This document shows positions 1-8,374 of a stretch of DNA of 64,000 nt, one piece after another. Under the pieces are notes generated by a model. The model saw only the letters and a list, made by a program, of their open reading frames with translations. It did no database searches and had not been told where the DNA came from. Position numbers and translations under genes: made by a program. The first letter of the stretch is position 1. Each line of letters starts with the position of its first letter. Source of the DNA: an uncultured Candidatus Saccharibacteria bacterium (GTDB lineage Bacteria > Patescibacteriota > Minisyncoccia > Minisyncoccales > GWA2-38-27); the NCBI GenBank assembly GCA_964493085.1, contig CAZBLV010000010.1, forward strand, positions 39,537-103,536, written 5' to 3'.

Positions 1-1090
1 AGTCTCCTGACCAGCTATAGCTGTAAGAATAGCCGTCTCCCCCGGAAGCGGAAGCAGAAAAAGTCACCTGCTCCCCTGTTTCTGCCGGATCGGGATAAGC
101 GTCACAGGAAACATGAAAGTCGTTGTTTCTTACGCAGGCTCCGTTTTGGCAGGTTTCGTTATATCCGCAATCATCATATTTTTCTTCTCTGTTGCCGCAA
201 GAGTCATACCAAAAAACATCGCCGTTATAACAGGCTCTTTGGTCATGAGAAACGCACCCCTCCTCAACAAAAACCGAGCAAGAGGCGCTCTGAGTTTGGC
301 CTCCAGAAGTCACAGAAACCGTAGCGGCATGGTTGCCGGGAGAAGAAAAATATCTCTGGCAACTGCTTCCTGAACCGCTGCACCCTCCTGACCATAAATA
401 ATTAAAAAAACCTGTTCCCCCGGAAGCGGAAGCAGAAAAAGTCACTGCCTGATTGGTATTTGTCGAACTAGGAGAAGCAGAACAGGAAACATTCAAAGAA
501 CTGCATTCTGATTTTTCAATGCACCTTGTTTCTTGCTCTGTGTTAAAGTCTCCGCAGTCTCTGGTTCTTGTTTGGCTCATCTGGCCCGAGCTGCAGCTTC
601 CTTGGCCGCATCCCTGATCTTGCCAGTCGCTCCAAGAGCCGCAGTCCTTAAAGTAAAGCAAAAGGCGGCTGTATTCTCTGGCAACAATGCCTTTTGGAAA
701 CCTTATATACCCGTCCTTGGGGAAAGTATAAGATTCCCGGTGCCCCTTAAATGTTCTGCTCCCGTACTCCTCTTTGTTGTCATCAAGGAAAAGAACGGTT
801 ACCCGGTGGCTGGCCAATTTGCCGAAACGGCTGTAATGAGTTATTGTTTCTCCCTTATAGACCCTGATGTCAATGTCTTTTCTCCACCTTACATAGTCGT
901 CGTCAATCTGGCCCTGCCGGTGCAATAATTTTCCGTTCCTGTCCCAGATAGCGGCAATATCATTCACGCCTCCGTCGTCTTGGGCATAAATTTTGGTTCC
1001 GCCCAAGGCATCAACAAAGTCTGCCCCTATTCCCGCCAGGAACACAAAAAATAAAATTCCGATTAATGGATAGATTAAGTATTTTTTCAT
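1..1090 (-). CDS. Secreted Cys-rich surface protein with a TSP1-like motif and repeated PKD/Ig-like modules (partial, runs off the window start)
   Basis: Hand translation from ATG 1090 is open to the window edge (363 codons). It shows a signal peptide MKKYLIYPLIGILFFVFLAG, the motif CGSWSDWQDQGCGQGSCSSGQMSQTRTRDC, and two VSCxAxP...VTFSASASGG...YxWSG modules. Absent from the ORF track because there is no stop in the window. Confidence 0.88.
   Translation of the reverse strand, partial: MKKYLIYPLIGILFFVFLAGIGADFVDALGGTKIYAQDDGGVNDIAAIWDRNGKLLHRQGQIDDDYVRWRKDIDIRVYKGETITHYSRFGKLASHRVTVLFLDDNKEEYGSRTFKGHRESYTFPKDGYIRFPKGIVAREYSRLLLYFKDCGSWSDWQDQGCGQGSCSSGQMSQTRTRDCGDFNTEQETRCIEKSECSSLNVSCSASPSSTNTNQAVTFSASASGGTGFFNYLWSGGCSGSGSSCQRYFSSPGNHAATVSVTSGGQTQSASCSVFVEEGCVSHDQRACYNGDVFWYDSCGNREEKYDDCGYNETCQNGACVRNNDFHVSCDAYPDPAETGEQVTFSASASGGDGYSYSYSWSGD
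38..445. repeat. 30-bp exact direct repeat (38-67 and 416-445) encoding VTFSASASGG in the two PKD-like modules
   Basis: TCCCCCGGAAGCGGAAGCAGAAAAAGTCAC occurs at both positions. Confidence 0.9.
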
Positions 1091-1183
1091 AAAAATTGTC
1101 TATGGACTAAACATTACTATTATTTCTATAGTTTGTCAAGTGATAATTCAAATCTCCGGCAATAAATGGTAAAATATTAAAAT

Positions 1184-1726
1184 ATGATATTAATAATCGG
1201 ATTGGGAAATCCCGGAGAAAAATACCAGAATACCCCTCACAACATCGGCTTTGAAACAGTAGAAAAATTTGCAAGAAAGAACAACTTTCCGGAATTCTCC
1301 TTGTCAAAAAAAATCCACAGTTTTGTTTCAAAAAAAGAAGGGGTCGTCTTAGTTAAACCCCGGACTTTTATGAACAGATCCGGCCAGGCAGTTAAAGAGG
1401 CGGCAAGCTTCTGGAAGGCGGCAGAAGAAAAAATCATTATAATACACGACGATATTGACCTGCCTTTCGGAAAGATAAAAATTGCAAAAAACAGGGGCTC
1501 TGCAGGGCACAAAGGAATAGAGTCTATAATCCAGCACATGGGAAATAAACGATTTACAAGAATCAGAATCGGAGTAAGCCCCGAAAAAAAAGTCAGCAAC
1601 CCGGAAAAGTTTGTGATTAAAAAATTCAGCCAAAAAGATGTAGAAAGCGTCATAGAAAAATCAGTCAATGCCTTAGAGGATATTTTGAAAAATGGCATAG
1701 AAAAAGCAATGTCTGTTTATAATTGA
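1184..1726 (+). CDS. pth: Peptidyl-tRNA hydrolase
   Basis: Motifs IGLGNPG..Y..TPHNIGF, KPRTFMNRSG, HDDIDL, GSAGHKG, RIRIGV. Confidence 0.97.
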   Translation: MILIIGLGNPGEKYQNTPHNIGFETVEKFARKNNFPEFSLSKKIHSFVSKKEGVVLVKPRTFMNRSGQAVKEAASFWKAAEEKIIIIHDDIDLPFGKIKIAKNRGSAGHKGIESIIQHMGNKRFTRIRIGVSPEKKVSNPEKFVIKKFSQKDVESVIEKSVNALEDILKNGIEKAMSVYN

Positions 1727-1767
1727 CAACCATATATAATTTCTATACCATAGAAAGCCTGTTAAAA

Positions 1768-3741
1768 ATGAATCGGTTGGAGAATGAAATTTTAATAGCA
1801 GGAATAACCCCCTATTTTCTAGAAAGGGGGTTCTTGTGGTTTGCAAAAAACAAAAATAAGATTAAGCAGGCAAAAAAAACCCAGCCCTTTTTTCAAGAAA
1901 ACACGCTTTTTCTTGAAAAAGGCCAAGAAATAAAGCTCTCTTATACAATAAAAAGAATCGATGAATTAGGCTACGAAAGGGTCCAAACAATTGACAGTCC
2001 GGGAGAATTCGCCCAATTAGGAAGCGTCATTGAGATTTTTCCTATCAACCAAGCAAACGCTGTAAGACTAGACTTTCTGGGAAACAAGATAGACGGTATC
2101 GAAGTATTGGAAAAGGAAGTTAAAAACGAAAAAGAAAGCAAACGTCTTTTAAAAAACAGAATAAAAAAACAAAAAACATATTCTGACTTAAAAGGAATAA
2201 AACAAGGAGACTATCTTGTTCATCTAGACCATGGCATAGGAGTTTTTCAGGGTTTTGAAAGATTTAAAGAAAAAAAATACTTTCTTTTAGAATACGCCAA
2301 AGGGGACCGGCTTTTTGTACCAAAGGGCCTGGAAAGAAAGCTCACAAGATATGTGGGTTTTCTCACTCCCCCTGTCTCGAGGCTCGGAACTGTTGCCTGG
2401 CAAAAAACCAAAAGAAAAACAAAAGAAGAAGCAGAAAGGCTCGCAAAAGAGCTGCTCCAAATTTATTCGAGAAAGGAAACAGCTACCCGTCCCCCTTATC
2501 CCCAAAAAGACGAGTTCGATTCCCAGTTGGCTGCTTCTTTCTTGTACGCTGAAACTCCAGACCAGAAAGAAGCGATTGAAGACATAGAAAAAGACCTTGA
2601 AAAAGAAAAGCCCATGGATAGATTGGTCTGCGGTGATGTAGGTTTCGGCAAAACAGAAGTTGCCTTAAGGGCCGCGGTCAAGGCGGCTAAGTCGGGAAGA
2701 CAAGCGGTACTGATAGCCCCTACTACTATCTTGGCCTGCCAGCATTATCAAAACTTCAAGGAGCGCCTTAAGGACTTCCCTTTCCAGATTTCTCTGCTGA
2801 CAAGATTCCAAAAAAACCAAGAAGAAATATTAAGAAATATCAAGGAGGGCAGGACAGATATAATAGTAGGAACCCACCGCCTGCTGTCAAAGGACGCAGC
2901 CCCCCTGCTCTTCGGAAAAGCAAACTCAGGCCTTCTGATTATCGATGACGAACAAAGATTCGGAGTCAAGCAAAAAGAAAAAATAAAGAAAATAAGGGGG
3001 TCTATAGATGTCCTTTCTCTTTCTGCAACTCCTATACCGAGAACCCTCCATTTGGCGCTTTCTTCTTTTAAAAAGATAAGCTTGATCCAGACTCCGCCGC
3101 CGGGAAGACTGCCCGTTAAAACGTTTATCCTTCCCTATTCTCTGAAAATTATTAAAAAAGCGATAAACAGAGAGGTAAAAAGAGGCGGGCAGATATACTA
3201 TCTGCATAACCGAGTGCAAAGCATAGGAAAAGTAAAAAACAAATTCCAGAAAATGTTTCCTAACCTGCGCATAGGCCTAGCCCACGGAAAAATGAAAGAA
3301 AAAGAGCTGCTGGAAAATATAGAAGCTTTAAGAAATAAAAAAATAGATCTATTAATAGCTACCACTATTATAGAAAACGGCATTGATCTTAAAAATGTGA
3401 ACACTTTAGTTGTAGAAGAGGCCAGCAATCTCGGTCTTGCTCAGGCTTATCAAATAAGAGGACGGGTAGGAAGGTCCTGCCGAGAAAGCTCTGCCTATTT
3501 TCTTTCAGGGTCCAAGCTTACCAATCAGGCCCAAAAAAGACTTGCAGCCCTAAAAGAAGCTAACCAGCCGGGATCCGGCTACAGATTGGCTCTCAAAGAC
3601 CTGGAAATAAGAGGAGCAGGCAACGTACTCGGCAAAGAACAGTCAGGAAGCATAAATCAAGTCGGACTTAATTTATACTGCCAAATGATAAGCCAGGCCG
3701 TAGAAAAAAACAGATCATTGTACAAATCAAAAAGAGCTTAA
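1768..3741 (+). CDS. mfd: Transcription-repair coupling factor, short form
   Basis: UvrB-like segment (GYER..PGEFA..G), CarD/RID domain (VHLDHGIG), MDRLVCGDVGFGKTEVA, QIRGRVGR, DLEIRGAGN. The start at ATG 1768 is supported by TTGACA(1723)-N17-TACCAT. Confidence 0.92.
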   Translation: MNRLENEILIAGITPYFLERGFLWFAKNKNKIKQAKKTQPFFQENTLFLEKGQEIKLSYTIKRIDELGYERVQTIDSPGEFAQLGSVIEIFPINQANAVRLDFLGNKIDGIEVLEKEVKNEKESKRLLKNRIKKQKTYSDLKGIKQGDYLVHLDHGIGVFQGFERFKEKKYFLLEYAKGDRLFVPKGLERKLTRYVGFLTPPVSRLGTVAWQKTKRKTKEEAERLAKELLQIYSRKETATRPPYPQKDEFDSQLAASFLYAETPDQKEAIEDIEKDLEKEKPMDRLVCGDVGFGKTEVALRAAVKAAKSGRQAVLIAPTTILACQHYQNFKERLKDFPFQISLLTRFQKNQEEILRNIKEGRTDIIVGTHRLLSKDAAPLLFGKANSGLLIIDDEQRFGVKQKEKIKKIRGSIDVLSLSATPIPRTLHLALSSFKKISLIQTPPPGRLPVKTFILPYSLKIIKKAINREVKRGGQIYYLHNRVQSIGKVKNKFQKMFPNLRIGLAHGKMKEKELLENIEALRNKKIDLLIATTIIENGIDLKNVNTLVVEEASNLGLAQAYQIRGRVGRSCRESSAYFLSGSKLTNQAQKRLAALKEANQPGSGYRLALKDLEIRGAGNVLGKEQSGSINQVGLNLYCQMISQAVEKNRSLYKSKRA

Positions 3742-3764
3742 CGTTTTTTTGCGCTAAGCTCTTT
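3731..3764. terminator. Hairpin between convergent mfd and fabZ-like genes
   Basis: 10-bp inverted repeat AAAGAGCTTA / TAAGCTCTTT. Confidence 0.65.
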
Positions 3765-3769
3765 GATAA

Positions 3770-4291
3770 TTAAATTAAGGCCAGTTCAACGGCCTTTATG
3801 GTGGCCCTTCTTTCTCTGCCGACTCTGGCTGTAAAATCCTGACCAGTCACCCGGATTATCATTTTCTCTTTTTCAGGCCCCCCTAGAATCCTGTCGATAA
3901 TTTTGGAAGAAAGAACCTCAACCCTCAGCTGATCTCCGATAAAAACGGGCTTATGGAATTTAGAGCCGCCAAACCCCCGAAGCATGCCTTTTTTATCCAC
4001 AAACTCGGGATGCTGAATGCCCCAGTAAACGCCCAAAATTTGAGCTGTCATTTCCAGTATGTCGACTCCGCGGAAAACCATGCTGTTCCCTAAAACGGCA
4101 TGGCCTTCGCAAACATCTTCGGTGACCGTAAACTCTCCTGTAACTCTGCCCCCGGCAATAGTCAGCTTATCCAAAAGAAGCATTCTGCCTCTGTGGGGAA
4201 GGATCTTGGCAATTTCTTCTTTTCTTACGACAAGCGCTTTTCTTCTGCTAAGAGTGATTTTAAGGCTGTTAAGAAAGCTTGATTTTGACAT
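3770..4291 (-). CDS. FabZ/FabA-family hotdog-fold dehydratase (divergent)
   Basis: ILPHRGRMLLLD, EGH, RGVDILEMTAQ and KFHKPVFIGDQL match the FabZ motifs LPHRYPFLLVD, GHFP, PGVLIIEAMAQ and F.KPV.PGD.L. Confidence 0.8.
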   Translation of the reverse strand: MSKSSFLNSLKITLSRRKALVVRKEEIAKILPHRGRMLLLDKLTIAGGRVTGEFTVTEDVCEGHAVLGNSMVFRGVDILEMTAQILGVYWGIQHPEFVDKKGMLRGFGGSKFHKPVFIGDQLRVEVLSSKIIDRILGGPEKEKMIIRVTGQDFTARVGRERRATIKAVELALI

Positions 4292-4299
4292 TTAGCCTT

Positions 4300-4366
4300 C
4301 TCCTTTCCTGTTTTCAAATTGTGAAGGTGCTTTTTTAAAGCATACAAAAATGGTGGAAAAATTCAA
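4300..4366 (-). promoter_or_regulatory. Promoter, boxA-like element and SD of the fabZ-like gene
   Basis: TTGAAT-N16-TATGCT, then GCACCTTCACAA (4330-4319), then AAGGAG (4305-4300). Confidence 0.55.
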
Positions 4367-4406
4367 GCTTCATGTTATAATTCAAAAAATTACCAAATTA
4401 TTGATT

Positions 4407-6422
4407 ATGGATCTAATAATAGTAGAAAGCCCCACGAAGCAAAAAACTATCCAGGGTTTTTTGGATAAGGGCTTCAAAACTGCCTCTTCTTACGGGCACG
4501 TGCGAGATTTACCCAAGTCAAAGCTGGGAGTAGACTTGGAAAACAATTTCCAGCCAAACTACATCATTCCCACCAAAGCCAGAAAGACCATATCGTCTTT
4601 AAAAAAGGAGGCAAAGAAAGCAGAAAAAATAATTTTGGCAACAGACGAAGACAGAGAAGGAGAAGCCATTGCCTGGCATTTGTCCGAAGTTCTTGAATTA
4701 AAAGATCCCCAGCGGATTGTTTTCCACGAAATTACAAAATCTGCCATAGAAAAATCCCTTAAAAAGCCCAGAAAAATAGATCCGAAACTAGTAAACGCTC
4801 AGCAGGCGAGAAGAATACTGGACAGAGTTGTGGGCTACAAGCTATCCCCTTTCTTGTGGAAAAAGCTTGCCCGAGGATTGTCAGCAGGGAGAGTCCAGTC
4901 AGTAGCCCTAAAACTGATTAACGAGAGAGAAAACGAAATAAAATCCTTTACTCCTCAAGAGTACTGGAAAATCACAGCTCTTTTTGAAAAAGAAAAAGAG
5001 TTTGAGGGAATTCTTGTTAAAAAAGGAGAAGTCCCTGTTCCTAAGATGGGCATTAAAAACCAAAAAGAGGCCGATCAGACCCTAAAAGAGCTGCAAAACG
5101 CAGAATACAAAGTAGAAAAAATTGAAAGAAAAGAAGTTAAGAGAAACCCCTTTCCTCCCTTCACCACCAGCACGCTTCAGCAGGACGCTTGGGCAAGATT
5201 AAGGTTTCCAGCCAAGCTTACCATGAGCATAGCCCAGCAACTATACGAAAAAGGCTTCATCACTTATCACAGGACCGACTCCCTGAACCTGGCTCAATCT
5301 TCGCTAGTGGCAGCTAAAAAACTGATTGAAAAAAAATACGGAAAAGAATATTGGGCAGGTTACTTTAAAAAATATAAAGCAAAAGGCAAAACTCAAGAAG
5401 CCCACGAAGCAATACGGCCCGTAAAGCCCGCTAGAGAACCGGAAAAACTGTCCGGAAACCAAAAAAAGCTTTATACCATAATCTGGCAAAGATTTATCGG
5501 CTCCCAGATGTCTCCCGCCTTATTCGATTCAACCAGAGCAGATATTAAAGCCAGCACTTCCCACACTTTCAGATCCACGGGACAAATAATGAAATTTGCA
5601 GGGTTTTTAAAGGCCTATCCTATGAGCTTTAAGGAATCTGAAATTCCGGAGCTAAAAAAGGAAGATCCCATAATCTTGAAAAGCCTGACCCCCTCGCAGC
5701 ACTTTACCCAGCCCCCTCCCAGATATACAGAAGCCTCCCTTGTCAAGGAATTGGAAAAAAACGGGATAGGAAGGCCATCGACTTACGCCACCATCATATC
5801 AACAATCCAAGCAAGAAATTATGTCTCAAAAAACGAAGAAAAAAGATTTTGTCCTACAGAAATAGGAGAAGTGGTAAATAAAATCTTGGTAGAGCACTTT
5901 CCCAGGATAGTTGACTTGAAGTTCACAGCCGAAATGGAAGAAAGTTTAGATAAAATAGCCGAGGGAGAAACCGAATGGACAAAAGTCTGTGACAAATTTT
6001 ACAAGCCTTTTGCCAAGAACCTGGAAGAAAAATACGAACAAGTATCCAAAAAGGAATTTACAGAAAAACCCACGGGCAGAAAATGTCCGAAATGCGGCTC
6101 TGACCTGCTTTTGCGGCTGGGGAGGTTTGGAAAGTTTTATGCCTGTTCAGGTTTTCCAGAGTGCAGGTACACAGAACCTCTTAAAGATAAAACTCTGGGA
6201 ATCAAGTGCCCGAAATGCAAAAAGGGAGATTTGGTGGAGAAAAGAACCAAAAAAGGAAAAATCTTTTACGGATGCAATAGGTTTCCCAAGTGCGACTTTG
6301 CTTTGTGGGACAAGCCGACTGGAGAAAAATGCCCGAAGTGCGGCTCTTTATTGGTAGAGAAGAACAAGAAAATAAAATGCTCAAACAAAGATTGCGATTT
6401 TGAGAAAAATGTGGCAGAATAG
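4407..6422 (+). CDS. topA: DNA topoisomerase I with C-terminal zinc ribbons
   Basis: LIIVESPTK, ATDEDREGEAIAW, SAGRVQS, ITYHRTDS, GIGRPSTYA and three CPKC repeats; likely start ATG 4407. Confidence 0.97.
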   Translation: MDLIIVESPTKQKTIQGFLDKGFKTASSYGHVRDLPKSKLGVDLENNFQPNYIIPTKARKTISSLKKEAKKAEKIILATDEDREGEAIAWHLSEVLELKDPQRIVFHEITKSAIEKSLKKPRKIDPKLVNAQQARRILDRVVGYKLSPFLWKKLARGLSAGRVQSVALKLINERENEIKSFTPQEYWKITALFEKEKEFEGILVKKGEVPVPKMGIKNQKEADQTLKELQNAEYKVEKIERKEVKRNPFPPFTTSTLQQDAWARLRFPAKLTMSIAQQLYEKGFITYHRTDSLNLAQSSLVAAKKLIEKKYGKEYWAGYFKKYKAKGKTQEAHEAIRPVKPAREPEKLSGNQKKLYTIIWQRFIGSQMSPALFDSTRADIKASTSHTFRSTGQIMKFAGFLKAYPMSFKESEIPELKKEDPIILKSLTPSQHFTQPPPRYTEASLVKELEKNGIGRPSTYATIISTIQARNYVSKNEEKRFCPTEIGEVVNKILVEHFPRIVDLKFTAEMEESLDKIAEGETEWTKVCDKFYKPFAKNLEEKYEQVSKKEFTEKPTGRKCPKCGSDLLLRLGRFGKFYACSGFPECRYTEPLKDKTLGIKCPKCKKGDLVEKRTKKGKIFYGCNRFPKCDFALWDKPTGEKCPKCGSLLVEKNKKIKCSNKDCDFEKNVAE

Positions 6423-6429
6423 TTGATAG

Positions 6430-6515
6430 GCCCAGGTGGCGGAACGGCTTACGCGTGCGACTCAAAATCGCATGGGAGAAATCCCGTGTGGGTTCGAATC
6501 CCACCCTGGGCACCA
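6430..6515 (+). tRNA. tRNA-Leu(CAA)
   Basis: Acceptor stem GCCCAGG/CCTGGGC, anticodon arm TGCGA-CTCAAAA-TCGCA, long variable arm, GGTTCGAATCC, encoded CCA. Confidence 0.96.
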
Positions 6516-6743
6516 CGTAGGAAAAGTCAAATTTCGTTGGCTCGCCTCGCTTCGCTCGACGACCAAATTGTAGGGAGTTTTGGGCGAAAAAATCAATTGG
6601 CGGCTTTGTAAAAGAAAATTTTTCCATATTCATTTGATTCAGAAATTCTAAGGAATTTCTATTTTTTTTGTCTTTATCCTTGCTTTTCCCCTTGATTTAT
6701 TGTAATGTAATCCAGAAAGCTAGACATAGTGTTTAACTGATCT

Positions 6744-6769
6744 GTACCTTGAAAACCAAGAAAGGAGGT
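6744..6769 (+). promoter_or_regulatory. boxA-like element and strong SD upstream of the HD gene
   Basis: GTACCTTGAAAA (6744-6755), then AAAGGAGGT (6761-6769), 8 nt before ATG 6778. Confidence 0.6.
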
Positions 6770-6777
6770 AGACACCC

Positions 6778-7659
6778 ATGAAGGAAAAAGGAGAATACAT
6801 TGGTCAACTGGCAGACTGAATCTATAGACTAAGTATTTTGCCGGCTCGCTTCAACATCATGTTGGAGCAGGCTCTCCTTACAGTTTCGAACACACAAGAG
6901 AGAGAAGTCCTTTGCACTGTAGCTTGCGTAGTATCGAGTTCTGCGTGGCAACATTGGCAGGCGTGGAGATCACCGGAAGACAACCGTCAGGAACATGAGT
7001 GGGTAGTATTCGCCAACGTAATGAAAATTGCGGAGAGTGAGGAATTGCCTCTATCGGACAAGCGAATCGCTACAGCATTCTGCTTCCTCCATGATACAGC
7101 GTTTATCAAACGAATAATGGAGGAGGAAATCCGCAAATTGGATGAAAAAGGTCTGCACGAAGAAGCTGATAGGATGAGGCGGATAAAGAAGAACCAGCGT
7201 GCCGACCACATGAAAGGTGGGGCTGAAAACGCGGAATTCCTGCTGAAACAACTCAAGATTCCTGACAGCTCAACCATGGCCCTTCTTACAGAAGATGAAG
7301 TTCGGCGCTGCATTGGCCTTATAGCCAAGCATGATTTATGGAAAGTGGATCCCCCTGAGCCACCTCCAACAAGTGATCGTCTGGCCCTTGCTTGTCTTGA
7401 AGGCGATGTTCTCTGGCCACTTCATCCGATTGGAATTCTCGCGGATCTTGATCGACCGAACACGGACGAAAAAAGCAGAGATCTATTTGAGCCGTTGAAA
7501 TGGAGAGAGCAATTACAACAGAGCCTCAAGACACTGGTGGAATTCAGGTCCAAATGGAAGGACATGCCAGATAGCGATTTCATCGACAGAGAGTCAATCT
7601 TCCGAACCAAGGAAGGGCACCGACTATTCACAGAATGGAAAAAGCTGTGGAATCTGTAA
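6778..7659 (+). pseudogene. HD-domain phosphohydrolase with an in-frame TGA at codon 14 (pseudogene or recoded)
   Basis: ATG 6778 is in frame with ORF 6838-7659: MKEKGEYIGQLAD*IYRLSILPARF. HD motifs: QEHEW, FLHDT, DHM..GAE.A, KHD, EGD. Confidence 0.7.
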
Positions 7660-7700
7660 GTTGTCATTAACTACTCCCTTATTTCTCTTCTCGCATCCAT

Positions 7701-7755
7701 GCCCCCTGCGGAATTCGTCAAAGACGAAAATTTCAAAGGGGGCTTTTTATTTTTG
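7701..7755 (+). terminator. Intrinsic terminator after the HD gene
   Basis: GCCCCCT...TTCGTC-AAA-GACGAA...AGGGGGC followed by TTTTTATTTTT. Confidence 0.75.
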
Positions 7756-7771
7756 TAAAAGTGCTAAAAAA

Positions 7772-7880
7772 TTTGCCGCGAAAGCAGTAAATTTTTCAAT
7801 CTTATTTTTCAAGAAAAATTTACTGAAATGAGTTATGATTAACTCATAGAAAAACTTGAAATTGTCTGGATCGCGGCAAA
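7772..7880. repeat. Inverted-repeat-bounded multi-hairpin element of unknown function
   Basis: Outer 10-bp IR TTTGCCGCGA/TCGCGGCAAA encloses a 13-bp IR (7785-7797/7813-7825) and an 8-bp IR (7828-7835/7840-7847). Confidence 0.7.
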
Positions 7881-7956
7881 ACTCTCATTTTTGCAAGGTC
7901 ACTTCCTCGTAGCCACAGGCAGCAAAATGCGCTAGCTATTTTGAAAATGGAGCACA

Positions 7957-7991
7957 AACCTAAAAATCCCCGTAATGGGGATTTCTAAGCT
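7957..7991 (-). terminator. Terminator of the glyA-folD-PAP2-mazG-like operon
   Basis: AAATCCCC-N5-GGGGATTT hairpin downstream of the operon. Confidence 0.65.
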
Positions 7992-8029
7992 TATGTCAGA
8001 AGTGTGCGGGTAATAACGCCCAGCCTTTT

Positions 8030-8374
8030 CTATTTCTCATTCCAGTCTACCCTGCTTCCTCCTCTGGAGGCCGCTTTTTCTGTAAATCCTTCGGGGTATC
8101 TTCTCTTTAATTTTTCAATGTTTTTTTCCAGTATTTCTTCCAAGTCCCAGTTAAAGAAGTTGCAGATCATTGCAATATACCAAAGAGTGTCTCCCAGATT
8201 CTCTTTTATTCCTTCTTTTTGGTCATTGCCGTGCGAGTATGTTTTTTTAATGCAGCCCGCTACGTCTCCTGCTTCTCCTGCCACTCCCAGCCCCCAGGTC
8301 ATTATTTCTTTTTCAGAATTTTCAAATTCTTTTGCTGTTTTTTTGGTCAGTTTTTGGTAGTCATTCAGATTCAT
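8030..8374 (-). CDS. MazG-like nucleotide pyrophosphohydrolase
   Basis: LGVAGEAGDV..KK, ENLGDTLWY, NIEKLKRRYPEGF. Confidence 0.9.
   Translation of the reverse strand: MNLNDYQKLTKKTAKEFENSEKEIMTWGLGVAGEAGDVAGCIKKTYSHGNDQKEGIKENLGDTLWYIAMICNFFNWDLEEILEKNIEKLKRRYPEGFTEKAASRGGSRVDWNEK

Noticed and set aside
113-928. Plus-strand ORFs 113-373 and 533-928
   Set aside because: They are antisense shadows of the long minus-strand surface-protein gene, like most short ORFs overlapping core genes in the track.
6817-6870. Selenocysteine insertion, or genome-wide TGA recoding
   Set aside because: The downstream hairpin loop (UCA) lacks the apical G of a bacterial SECIS and the context is not a redox motif. 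TGA terminates several core genes (pth, greA, ychF, ftsK), so the genome uses code 11.
7822-7856. Hammerhead ribozyme (CTGA...stem...GAAA)
   Set aside because: The spacing departs from the CUGAnGA/GAAA core, and I found no stems I and III with a cleavage triplet.
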